A stretch of DNA of 64,000 nt from Cyanobacteriota bacterium (GTDB lineage Bacteria; Cyanobacteriota; Cyanobacteriia; Thermostichales; Thermostichaceae): NCBI GenBank assembly GCA_033764955.1, contig JANRIL010000020.1:32001-96000 (forward strand), read 5' to 3'. Below are positions 21,187 to 30,422 of this stretch, in pieces. The notes under the pieces were generated by a model. The model was not told the origin of the DNA. It was given only the letters and a program-made list of their open reading frames with translations, and made no database searches. The position numbers and the translations under genes were made by a program. The stretch's first letter is position 1. Each line of letters starts with the position of its first letter.

Positions 21187-22833
21187 GTGCCTGTTTCTAG
21201 CCCCACCTCTGCCTTTACCGCCGAACAAATTCTATTTGAGCGAGCCATTCCCCAAGCCGACGCCATTCCCGTTATTTTTGCCTTTCCCAATACCTACGCC
21301 GTCGGGATCACTAGCTTGGGTTATCAGGTGATTTGGGGGATGCTAGCCAGCCGCTGCGATGTGGCGGTGGCACGGCTATTTACCGACATCGCGGAACCCT
21401 TACCCCGTCATCCTGAGTTGCTGGGGTTTTCGGTGTCTTGGGAACTGGATTATGTGAATATCCTCAACCTCCTAGAAGCCCACGGGATCCCCCTGCACAG
21501 TCAGGATCGTCAGGATACGGATCCCCTCATTTTTGGGGGAGGCCCCGTGTTGAGTGCCAACCCCGAACCGTTTGCGGATTTTTTTGATGTGATAGTGCTG
21601 GGGGATGGCGAGGGAGCGATGGATGCCTTGATCGAGACCTATCAATCGGTTCGCGGGGCAACGCGGCGGGAAAAACTGCTTCAGCTTGCCAGGGTCTCCG
21701 GCATGTATGTCCCCCGTTTCTATCAGCCGATCTATCACGGGAAAGGGGATCCCTTCTACAAGCTGGAGGTGACGGAGACAGGGATCCCCTTTCCGGTGGA
21801 GCGACGCACCTATCGGGGACGGCAGCTTTCGGTATCAACGGTGGTCACCCCCCAAGCCGCCTGGGAAAACATTTTTATGGTGGAGGTAGCACGCAGTTGC
21901 CCGGAGATGTGCCGCTTTTGTCTGGCCAGTTATCTGACCTTACCCTTCCGCGCGGCGGCGGTGCCCGATCATTTGATTCCGGCGGTGGAATGGGGGTTGC
22001 GCCACACTGATCGGATTGGGCTGCTGGGAGCTTCCGTCACTCAACACCCGCAGTTTTCGGAGCTTTTGGACTATCTGGCTCAAGACTGTTTTGATCACGT
22101 TCGCCTGAGTTTGGCTTCGGTTCGCACCGGAACGGTTACCCCACGGCTGGCGGAAGTCTTGAGGCGGCGGGGTAGCCAGTCGATCACGGTGGCGATTGAG
22201 AGTGGATCGGAGCGATTGCGCCAGATCATCAACAAAAAGCTCAGTAATCCCGAAATTCTGGCCGCGGCGGCGGCGGCGCAAATGGGGGGACTATCCAGCA
22301 TTAAGTTTTATGGGATGGTGGGGATCCCTGGAGAAATCGACCCAGATTTACAAGACACCCTTGACTTGTTGGTTCACCTCAAAAAAGTGGCTCCCCGTCT
22401 ACGCTATAGCCTAGGGTGCAGCACCTTCGTTCCCAAAGCCCACACACCGTTTCAGTGGTATGGGGTTGACCCCAGCGCCGAAAAAAAGCTGTCATCCTTC
22501 GCCAAACATTTGCGACCTTTAGGGGTGGAGTTTCGCCCGGAGAGCTACAACTGGTCGGTGATCCAAGCCCTGATCGCCCGCGGGGATCGGCGGGTAGGAC
22601 GGGTGCTGGAATTGGCACGCGGTTTCGGGGATTCTTTAGGCAGCTATCGACGCGCTTTCAAAGCCCTACGAGGAGAACTCCCTCCCCTCGATCACTACGT
22701 GTTTGCCCACTGGTCAACCGACGATCCGCTACCGTGGGGACATGTGCAGGGATCCCTTAGCCCAGAGCGCCTGATCGACCATCAACAGCAGTCTGCCCAA
22801 CTCATGGGGATCCCGCAAAATCGGCATGAGTGA
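21187..22833 (+). CDS. B12-binding-domain radical SAM protein
   Basis: RSCPEMCRFC, FPNTYAVGITSLG, FVPKAHTPFQW. Confidence 0.9.
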   Translation: MPVSSPTSAFTAEQILFERAIPQADAIPVIFAFPNTYAVGITSLGYQVIWGMLASRCDVAVARLFTDIAEPLPRHPELLGFSVSWELDYVNILNLLEAHGIPLHSQDRQDTDPLIFGGGPVLSANPEPFADFFDVIVLGDGEGAMDALIETYQSVRGATRREKLLQLARVSGMYVPRFYQPIYHGKGDPFYKLEVTETGIPFPVERRTYRGRQLSVSTVVTPQAAWENIFMVEVARSCPEMCRFCLASYLTLPFRAAAVPDHLIPAVEWGLRHTDRIGLLGASVTQHPQFSELLDYLAQDCFDHVRLSLASVRTGTVTPRLAEVLRRRGSQSITVAIESGSERLRQIINKKLSNPEILAAAAAAQMGGLSSIKFYGMVGIPGEIDPDLQDTLDLLVHLKKVAPRLRYSLGCSTFVPKAHTPFQWYGVDPSAEKKLSSFAKHLRPLGVEFRPESYNWSVIQALIARGDRRVGRVLELARGFGDSLGSYRRAFKALRGELPPLDHYVFAHWSTDDPLPWGHVQGSLSPERLIDHQQQSAQLMGIPQNRHE

Positions 22834-22933
22834 CCCAGAGAATATGACAAAGTAGGAAGTTAACCTTGTCGAGACATCCACAACTACTTATAGTGGTGAA
22901 AAAAGAACAGTATCTTCTAATCACACTAAATAT

Positions 22934-23968
22934 ATGAAAGTGCTGACGGGATCCCGATCTGATCTTGGCAAAGATCCAGGGTCGCTCAACCGTTCCCTTC
23001 CGCTCCTGCCACTGATTTTGTTGGGGATGGTGGCTCTCGGCTGGGGGATAGTGGTGGGGTGGAGCGATTTTTTTGGGCACAGTTGGGCGTTGCAGCTATT
23101 AGGACTGCCACAGATAATCGCAGCCGGCACACTGATTCTATTGGCTGCTTTTGGGCTGGGCTTCTGGGCACATCCCCCTCGCAACGCCGTTTTTTTGCCA
23201 GTTTTCGTAGCTGGCTTGTCTGGCCTCCTGTTAGTGGGTTTTGCGGGTGCGGGGGTTCTCATGCAAGCCTTTTTGACAGCTTCCCTTTACGCATTTAGCC
23301 TGTTAGCAACCCGCCTCTTGGGGGGATTTGAGCCTGTGCAGCCTACCCTCACCCAGGCAGTGAGTAGCTACGCCAGCCACACTTTTGTCTTTACGAGTCA
23401 GTTGGCCGCCTGGATATCAGGATTACTGTTGGTGGGAACCTTGGCGGGGGTAAGTTTGCGAGCTTTGCAACAGCGGGGGTGGCTGCTCAGTGGAGCCAGT
23501 TGGCTAGTGTTGGTCATCTTGGGAGGAGGGATTAGCTTGGGCTGGCATCGGCTGGAGATTTTGGGCTTGGGGTTGGCGGCGGCAGCGATAGTGGCAATGC
23601 CGTTGTGGATTTTTGAGCAAATGCAGGGATCCCCCTGGGGAAAAAGTGGGGCATCTCTTGTGTCTATGGGGGTAGCTACGATTGGCGTGAGTTGTCTGGC
23701 TGCCGGATGGTGGGGAATCAGCCACGTTTTGCCCTGGACAGGACTAGCCACGGCTTTATTATTACTGGTGGCTCCGTTGGTCGTGATGTTTGAGCAAGCG
23801 CAGCGGCGGGGACTTGCCCAAGAGGTGGCGGTTTTGCTCAGTTTGATGACCTCCGTGATTCCTGCCTTGGGGCTGGCTCTAGGGATTGCCACAGCGCAGC
23901 CCTCCCCCAATAGCCCCATCCAAAAGTCTCACCAGCCTTTAGCTGATCAATCCGCCCACTTGCCCTAG
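22934..23968 (+). CDS. Multi-pass membrane protein, unknown function
   Basis: About 10 hydrophobic segments. Confidence 0.6.
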   Translation: MKVLTGSRSDLGKDPGSLNRSLPLLPLILLGMVALGWGIVVGWSDFFGHSWALQLLGLPQIIAAGTLILLAAFGLGFWAHPPRNAVFLPVFVAGLSGLLLVGFAGAGVLMQAFLTASLYAFSLLATRLLGGFEPVQPTLTQAVSSYASHTFVFTSQLAAWISGLLLVGTLAGVSLRALQQRGWLLSGASWLVLVILGGGISLGWHRLEILGLGLAAAAIVAMPLWIFEQMQGSPWGKSGASLVSMGVATIGVSCLAAGWWGISHVLPWTGLATALLLLVAPLVVMFEQAQRRGLAQEVAVLLSLMTSVIPALGLALGIATAQPSPNSPIQKSHQPLADQSAHLP

Positions 23969-24121
23969 TTTCTCCTCGAACAAGCTGAGTGAGAAGTCAT
24001 GTGACGTTTTTGGTCAATCCGCTGCACTAGGGTTGTTACAACGAAACTGCATAACCCGTCAAATCCAGACTAGGGAAAGCTTCCTTAATTCCACCCGTTA
24101 TGGTTTCTGGTTAGCTCAGAA

Positions 24122-25225
24122 TTAGGCAAAGGAAATCAGCAAATAGGGTTCTTGAAACTTTGCTCCGGTCACCTGGCGACCTGCCAACGGGGGGGGCAAA
24201 AACAAGTTTCGCCGTTGATCCCCTGCGGTAATAGTCAATTCTGGTCCCGATTGACTCAGTTCGATTTGATTTTTACTAAAGCCAGGAATAAATAACTTAA
24301 CGGTGCGAGCTTGTTCATCAATCGCTACCGCAGGTGGCACATCCGGGATCCCCAGCAGTCCAGCCGCCACCGATTCTAGTTCTGACCAGTCGGATCCCTG
24401 ATAGCGAGGCACTTGCCGCACCAAGAGAGGGCTAAACTCATTCGCGTCCACGTTCCCATTCGCCAAGGGAGAAACCAACAGACTGCCCACCGTCACCCCC
24501 ACCATCTGGGCACTTCCCCAGAGAAATTTAGCGGTTTGGATCGCCATTGGATCCGCCGTCGTTACCAAATGAGCTAAGACCCGCTTCGGATCCGTCAGCG
24601 CCTGTCGTCCTGCTTCCAAAATATCGGTGCCTCCCCTCATTTGATTGGGCAGATCCTCGAGGGAGGAAAAATCCACATTCGTGATGGAGCGCAGTAGCGG
24701 TTCCGCAAAAGGTCGCAGAGTCTTGGCTAAATCCGACTGCAAAAAGGCTTTAGAAGCCCGCCGCCAATACCAACTCGCCACCTCTGGGATCCCTAACATC
24801 CGCAAAACTGTCTGATCCCCAGAGCCGTCATAGATGATGCTGTCATACTGACCACTGGCATCAAATCGGCGCAGGGCATCCAGCGTAATCGCCTGATCCA
24901 TGCCAGGGAGAACGGCTAGCTCCTGACCATAAATTTCTTTAAAAAAAGGTGTCTTCACATACTGAGCTTCCAGCTCTTTCGCCTGTGTCCAACTTTGCTC
25001 CAGCAACAGGGTGGTTTTCAGTTGAACAACATAGAGATTAGCGGCGATGGAAGTGGGTTCTCCAGAGAGAGGGATCCCTCCCAACAGATAGGACAAGCTA
25101 GGGCTAGACTGATGGCTAACCAACAAAACACGTCGCCCCTGTTGCGCGGCAGCTTTAGCGGTGGCGAGGGCGAGAGTGGTGCGTCCCACACCTCCCTTGC
25201 CCAGAAACGTCAGGATTTGACTCAT
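24122..25225 (-). CDS. ArsA/GET3-family ATPase with HSP20-like C-terminus
   Basis: TFLGKGGVGRTT, LPGMD, C-terminal LFIPGF...AGDQRRNLFLP. Confidence 0.85.
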   Translation of the reverse strand: MSQILTFLGKGGVGRTTLALATAKAAAQQGRRVLLVSHQSSPSLSYLLGGIPLSGEPTSIAANLYVVQLKTTLLLEQSWTQAKELEAQYVKTPFFKEIYGQELAVLPGMDQAITLDALRRFDASGQYDSIIYDGSGDQTVLRMLGIPEVASWYWRRASKAFLQSDLAKTLRPFAEPLLRSITNVDFSSLEDLPNQMRGGTDILEAGRQALTDPKRVLAHLVTTADPMAIQTAKFLWGSAQMVGVTVGSLLVSPLANGNVDANEFSPLLVRQVPRYQGSDWSELESVAAGLLGIPDVPPAVAIDEQARTVKLFIPGFSKNQIELSQSGPELTITAGDQRRNLFLPPPLAGRQVTGAKFQEPYLLISFA

Positions 25226-25265
25226 AAAGTAGCAATCTTGTGAAGTGGCAGCTAGGGCAAAAGGG

Positions 25266-25580
25266 CTATGACCGCTCTCGCACCAGGGTAGGACGATCCT
25301 CCCGTGGACGGGATCCCTGGGGTTCATAGAGATCCAGATGAACTTGCTGCTGCACCATTTGAGCAGCGGCGGCTAGGAGTTGGCGAATTGCTTGCAGCGT
25401 TCGTCCTCCCCGGCCTAAGACACGCCCTTTATCTTTAGGGTCAAAGGCCACTCGTAACCAGATTTTTGAACCGCCGCAGGTGATTTCCCGATCTACGGTC
25501 AAGGTGGTTAAATCCTCAACCAAAGGCTCCAGCAACAAACGGGTTAAGGCAGCATAGTCGGGTGTTGGCTGGGTTGGCAA
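25266..25580 (-). CDS. khpA: KH-domain RNA-binding protein
   Basis: DKGRVLGRGGRTLQAIR; downstream of rpsP. Confidence 0.85.
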   Translation of the reverse strand: MPTQPTPDYAALTRLLLEPLVEDLTTLTVDREITCGGSKIWLRVAFDPKDKGRVLGRGGRTLQAIRQLLAAAAQMVQQQVHLDLYEPQGSRPREDRPTLVRERS

Positions 25581-25623
25581 AGCATTTCCCCCTTGCTGTG
25601 GTCAACTCAAAGTTTAGGCTGCT

Positions 25624-26193
25624 TCAGGAGGCTTCGTCACTAACGGTTGTCTCTATAACCGACTCTTCTTCAGCAGAATCGGTAACAGAGTCAGGAACAG
25701 TAACCGTTTCGCCCATTTCAACACCATCAGCCTGGGCTACTGCCTGGATAACTTCATCTTCGGCTTCCGGCTGAATCGCTTCTGTCACAGCATCCTCAAG
25801 GACTTCGGGCAGTCCAATCGGCTCGGATCCCACCGCTTCAGGGGCTAGTTCGCTCTCCACATCGGTGTCCGCCACCGGATCCACAACCGCCGCGATGGTC
25901 TTGACAACCGCCGGGATCCGCACAGTGGCCGCCACCCCTTCGCCACCCGCCTTCAACATCTCGTAGACTCCGGCTTTTTTGAGAATGGCATCCAATGTAT
26001 CGGTGGGCTGTGCCCCATACCGCAGCCACTTCAAGAGGTCTTGGGTTCGCAAAACGGTTTCTTTGGTGCGCGGATTGTAGAACCCTAACTCTTGCAGGGG
26101 ACGGGCTTGGCGGCGGGCATGGCTGTCAATCGCCACAATCCGATAGCTGGGTTCTCTTTTCTTGCCATAGCGCTTAAGCCGCAGTTTTACCAT
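25624..26193 (-). CDS. rpsP: 30S ribosomal protein S16 with acidic C-terminal extension
   Basis: [20 protein letters not shown]...GAQPTDT. Confidence 0.95.
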   Translation of the reverse strand: MVKLRLKRYGKKREPSYRIVAIDSHARRQARPLQELGFYNPRTKETVLRTQDLLKWLRYGAQPTDTLDAILKKAGVYEMLKAGGEGVAATVRIPAVVKTIAAVVDPVADTDVESELAPEAVGSEPIGLPEVLEDAVTEAIQPEAEDEVIQAVAQADGVEMGETVTVPDSVTDSAEEESVIETTVSDEAS

Positions 26194-26458
26194 GAGGTGG
26201 ATGCTCCTTAACGTTGTGTGAAATGAGGGATGGGTTGGGATAGAAAAAACCGCACACTTGAGTTCAGAATCTTCAGGCTCAGTTGAGTCGGATAATAGTC
26301 ACAGGCATACTAGTCTAACGCAAAATTCTTGATCACAGAAGCAGGTAAAAATAAGCTGGCTACCCATGACCACTCCCAATATCTGAAGATTGGGTGATGT
26401 CTCACCTACCTAACCTTCACGGTTCGGGATCCCCTCCAATCGCTCTCCCAGTCCCACC

Positions 26459-28372
26459 ATGCCTACCCCGCTTCTAGAACTTTTCCAGCGACTTTTCCCC
26501 AAACTTCTGTCTCGACAGGGGTGGCTGCACCTCCAAACCATTGGTCAGTCCCATTACGGACTACTGATGGTAGCCATAGCTGTGGCGGTGGGCTTAAATC
26601 CGATGGTTAACCAGGGCTACCCCGAAACCCATTCTCTGGAATACAACCTGATCTGGACATTCCAATACGATCAGCAGTTTTTAGCCGGACAATTCTACCC
26701 CCGGTGGCTAGAGCAGTCCTGGGGAAGTTTGGGTAGCCCCAGCTTCTATTTCTACGGCCCGATCTGTATGGTGGCGACTCTGCCTTTTGCCCTGCTGGGC
26801 TGGGATCCTACCTGGCGGATGGTGGGGGCGATGGGTTTGGCAATGGTGGTCATGGGGCTGGGGGCTTATCTCTACAGCAGGCAACTTTTTCAGGGATCCC
26901 CTCCCTGGTTGCACGGCCTTGTGGCGAGTTTGGCGGTGCTATCCCCCTACTTTTTAGAAAATATTTATATCCGTGGGGCGATGGGGGAGGTGTGGGCAAT
27001 GGCCTGCCTGCCTTGGGTTTTAGCCACCATGCATCGAAGTCTTTCCGGCTATCAATCCTGGGGATCCCCTTTTTTAGCCATTGCTTACGCGCTGTTTGCC
27101 CTTTGCCATCCCCCCACCCTACTGCTATTCACCCTGCTTTGGCTGCTGATTCCCTTCATCACCACTCGCCGCTGGTCGCAATGGAAAATTTGGCTGTGGC
27201 GGGTTTATTTCCCGATGATCCTGGGATTGGGGTTGGCGAGTTTTTATCTGTTGCCCGCCGTCATCGACCAAGAGCACATCAGCCTCCACCACATGGGCTT
27301 CGCCAATCCTCTGGGACGCATTTTGGTGAAAGGATTGGGTCAGCTTCAGCCCCAACTCACCCGCGAAACCTACGATGTCAACCTTTTGCCGATTTATTGG
27401 CTAACCATCGCCGTGATGCTGCTGGCCGGATGGACGCTCTGGAAACATCCCCAGCGCTTTAGCCATTCCCTACACATCCAAACCCAGGTTTTGTTAATCG
27501 GCTCAATAGTCGGGCTGATTATGATGACCGATTTAGGTTCGGGTATCTTTCGCCTATTTCCACTACTGCAAAAAATTCAATTTTCCTGGCGATGGATGGC
27601 GATTACTGGGGTCATGTTTCCTTTTTTGTGGGGAATTTTTCTCCAGATAAAACTTGACTCCCTTCAGTCAGAAAAATACACTATCTTCAGAAAAATATTT
27701 TGGCGAAATAGCCTATTACTGATCACAGCTCTGCTCTTAATATTTAGCTTTTCCACTAATCTACAAAAAATACCCTTCAGCCCCAGACGCATGGCCGATC
27801 TTGATTACTATTTTCAAGCCAAGCCTATCTTTCCTCAAGAAGCCGATTTAGAAGCAGAACCCTTCCAACCTCTGGGACGTGCCCTCTTCATCAATGCTGA
27901 TCAACAACTGATCATCGAAGATGTTTGGGAGTATTTACCGGCCTGGATCCCTTCCACCCAGCTAATCAGAAAAAATCATGAGCTAATCGAATCGGATCCC
28001 TCTCCCGTCCAAATTTCCGGCCTGCTTTGGCAATTCGGTCATCGCCAGTTTGTGGTCGAAGCCCGCCGCGAAAGTTTGCTGACTCTGCGGATGTATGCTT
28101 GGCCCTGCTGGGCGGTCAACGTTAATGGTCAACCGACAGATTTATTACGTGCTCCCGACGGACGATTACAGGTGCGGATCCCATCGGGTCGCTCCGCTAT
28201 TCAAGTTACTCTCAAGGGAACAGTTGCCGAGCGCTGGGGATGGATCGATAGCGGGTTATCGCTGATAGTTTGGCTGGTTTTTGTTCTCCAATTTCGTTCT
28301 CGCTCCCCTCGCTTTCGCAGAGATTCAGGGATCCCCAAGGTTGCCACAAGCTGTCGGGAGGGGGATCCCTAA
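26459..28372 (+). CDS. PTPS-related / YfhO-like polytopic membrane protein (putative GT-C glycosyltransferase)
   Basis: YPRWL..GLGSPSFYFY, RGAMGE, IQFSWRW, EYLP. Confidence 0.75.
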   Translation: MPTPLLELFQRLFPKLLSRQGWLHLQTIGQSHYGLLMVAIAVAVGLNPMVNQGYPETHSLEYNLIWTFQYDQQFLAGQFYPRWLEQSWGSLGSPSFYFYGPICMVATLPFALLGWDPTWRMVGAMGLAMVVMGLGAYLYSRQLFQGSPPWLHGLVASLAVLSPYFLENIYIRGAMGEVWAMACLPWVLATMHRSLSGYQSWGSPFLAIAYALFALCHPPTLLLFTLLWLLIPFITTRRWSQWKIWLWRVYFPMILGLGLASFYLLPAVIDQEHISLHHMGFANPLGRILVKGLGQLQPQLTRETYDVNLLPIYWLTIAVMLLAGWTLWKHPQRFSHSLHIQTQVLLIGSIVGLIMMTDLGSGIFRLFPLLQKIQFSWRWMAITGVMFPFLWGIFLQIKLDSLQSEKYTIFRKIFWRNSLLLITALLLIFSFSTNLQKIPFSPRRMADLDYYFQAKPIFPQEADLEAEPFQPLGRALFINADQQLIIEDVWEYLPAWIPSTQLIRKNHELIESDPSPVQISGLLWQFGHRQFVVEARRESLLTLRMYAWPCWAVNVNGQPTDLLRAPDGRLQVRIPSGRSAIQVTLKGTVAERWGWIDSGLSLIVWLVFVLQFRSRSPRFRRDSGIPKVATSCREGDP

Positions 28373-28416
28373 AAGTTGACGGCGAATCTCAGGAGAATCC
28401 CTCCTTGAACTGTGCT

Positions 28417-28704
28417 TTAGCCATTGTGGGATCCCTCCTCTAGCCGTTGAACGATATGGCGAATCTCCCCTAGCAGCACATCAAAGCGCTGATCCTGTTC
28501 TGCTTGCCGTTGCAGGATGGCGGTCTGTTGCTGTTGTATGGCGGCTTGTTGTTGGGCAAGTCGTAGCATCTCCTCAGCCAGAAATCCCATCTGGGTTTGG
28601 GTTGCCAGTTGAGCCTCTGTTAAGCGCCGGATCCCAGTGCTGCTGGCATCCGCCACGCGCTCGATAGCCGCTGCCAATCGGTCAAACTTCTCTTCATCGG
28701 TCAT
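28417..28704 (-). CDS. Small coiled-coil hypothetical protein
   Basis: 95 aa, Q-rich; GGAGG upstream. Confidence 0.6.
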   Translation of the reverse strand: MTDEEKFDRLAAAIERVADASSTGIRRLTEAQLATQTQMGFLAEEMLRLAQQQAAIQQQQTAILQRQAEQDQRFDVLLGEIRHIVQRLEEGSHNG

Positions 28705-28706
28705 GA

Positions 28707-29147
28707 TTAGATATCCTCCGGCAAAAAATCGGGATCCATGATTTGCTCAAAGCGGTAGGGACAGTTGGCTGGGAAAGTAGCTTGATCCAGATTAGTTTCC
28801 CTAACCGCTTGTTGGATCCCTAGTCGATAACCCATAGCCAACAGATCATCCAGGGATCCCTTAAGACTGGGATTGTCTTCTATCAAGATTTCCAGTTGGA
28901 TCCGTTGCTCCTCGATTGTGGCTATCCAACTGCGGCTCCGTAGAGCAGGCTGATACTGCCACTTGAGGAGGTGAGAGAGCAACACCGCTAGACGGTTACG
29001 GAACTCTTGGCGTTGCTGTTTCCCCAAAGACAAGACCTCTTCAATCAGATTTTGGATGTCCAAGGATCCCCATTGCTGGGATCCCAATAGTCGGGCTTGC
29101 TCCTCTGTCCAGGCCAGAAAGTCTTGGTCATAGAGTGGGATAGTCAT
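28707..29147 (-). CDS. DUF29 family protein
   Basis: LYDQDFLAW, LIEEV, HLLKWQYQP, RSWIATIEEQR, NPSLK. Confidence 0.92.
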   Translation of the reverse strand: MTIPLYDQDFLAWTEEQARLLGSQQWGSLDIQNLIEEVLSLGKQQRQEFRNRLAVLLSHLLKWQYQPALRSRSWIATIEEQRIQLEILIEDNPSLKGSLDDLLAMGYRLGIQQAVRETNLDQATFPANCPYRFEQIMDPDFLPEDI

Positions 29148-29161
29148 TGTTAGGATCCCTC

Positions 29162-29296
29162 TCACAAACTGGCAGCGATTCTGAACACAATCCCGACCAC
29201 AGCCACCGTTAACCGCCCGTTATTCACCGCCACATCCTGACGGATCGCTTCGATAGCGGTCAGGATTTGATCGAAACGGTCGTCTGTCTGATCCAT
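29162..29296 (-). CDS. 44-aa hypothetical protein with C-terminal hydrophobic segment
   Basis: MDQTDDRFDQILTAIEAIRQDVAVNNGRLTVAVVGIVFRIAASL preceded by AGGAGG. Confidence 0.5.
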   Translation of the reverse strand: MDQTDDRFDQILTAIEAIRQDVAVNNGRLTVAVVGIVFRIAASL

Positions 29297-29518
29297 CAAA
29301 GACCTCCTGAAAATCTTGGATCCCTCTGGGTTATGAGTCTGAATTTATGAGTCTAGATTTTTCCTTCCCATTTAGCCTAAACCACCACAGTCTTAGCCAC
29401 TGTCTTTACCAGGTTAGAGGCAGAATTTGGCTGGTCACTATTAGACATCGAATCGCTCAAAGCCCCAGCAAATCAGGATTTCTAGGACTTTCCTAGACAC
29501 TATTGGATTATCAAATTA

Positions 29519-29591
29519 TGGAGAGTAGGGAATTCGAATCCCTGACCTCTGCGGTGCGATCGCAGCGCTCTACCAACTGAGCTAACTCCCC
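29519..29591 (-). tRNA. tRNA-Ala (CGC)
   Basis: GGGGAGT/ACTCTCC acceptor stem, CTGCG-ATCGCAC-CGCAG anticodon arm, TTCGAAT T-loop; 73 nt. Confidence 0.97.
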
Positions 29592-29623
29592 GTAGTCCTA
29601 ACACTTTAACAAAATCAAGCCGA

Positions 29624-29655
29624 TAAAAATACCCCCTCCCCGAAGAGAGGGGGGT
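29624..29655 (-). terminator. Probable intrinsic terminator after petF
   Basis: ACCCCCTC/GAGGGGGGT hairpin followed by a T-run on the minus strand. Confidence 0.5.
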
Positions 29656-29737
29656 TATGCAATAACTGGCTTGACCCATACAAGCAGCCAAAAAACAGCC
29701 AAAAATCCATACCCCAACAGGATATAGACCCAGGCAC

Positions 29738-30037
29738 TCAATACAACTCTTCTTCTTGATGGGTCATAATCGTGCAGTCTGACGTGGGATAAGCCACACA
29801 GGTCAGGACATAGCCCGCCTCGATTTGATCATCATCCAAGAAAGATTGGTCACTCTGATCCACGGTTCCGGATGTTAGCTTGCCAGCACAGGTAGAACAA
29901 GCCCCTGCCCGACAGGAATAAGGCAACTCAAGTCCCTGCTCCTCAGCCACATCCAGGATATATTCGTCATCTGGCACTTCAATCGTAGTGTTCAGCCCTT
30001 CTGCTTCATTGATGAGGGTGACTTTGTAGGTAGCCAT
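29738..30037 (-). CDS. petF: Plant-type [2Fe-2S] ferredoxin
   Basis: MATYKVTL...CRAGACSTC...EEELY. Confidence 0.97.
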   Translation of the reverse strand: MATYKVTLINEAEGLNTTIEVPDDEYILDVAEEQGLELPYSCRAGACSTCAGKLTSGTVDQSDQSFLDDDQIEAGYVLTCVAYPTSDCTIMTHQEEELY

Positions 30038-30422
30038 CCTAAAGAAATCTCCAATCAGAAACATCCACTCCTCATCCTGCCACCCTTCGGGCACAGATCA
30101 AGCGGTTTGACTAGGAAAATCTACCGTTAGTTGCAAACTTCTGCAAAGACAAGGGTTGTCCCCCCAGATTTTGCTTCCTCCCCCCTCAGGGAGCTGAGGG
30201 ATCCCGTAGAAAATTCTTCCGCCACTTGCCAACTTAGACCCTCCTGCTTGTATGATCATCTGAGTAAGAAGTAGGGTTGCACTCCCAAAACCTTGCTCTA
30301 AGTCCTATCTAAAGCCACGATCCTTACTTATCAAGGGATCAGTTGCTTTCGATAGAAATATAAGGTAAGTTAACGGGGAGTCTAGCCTAGTCTGGATCAA
30401 TTTTTTGGTAAGAGGAGTAAGA

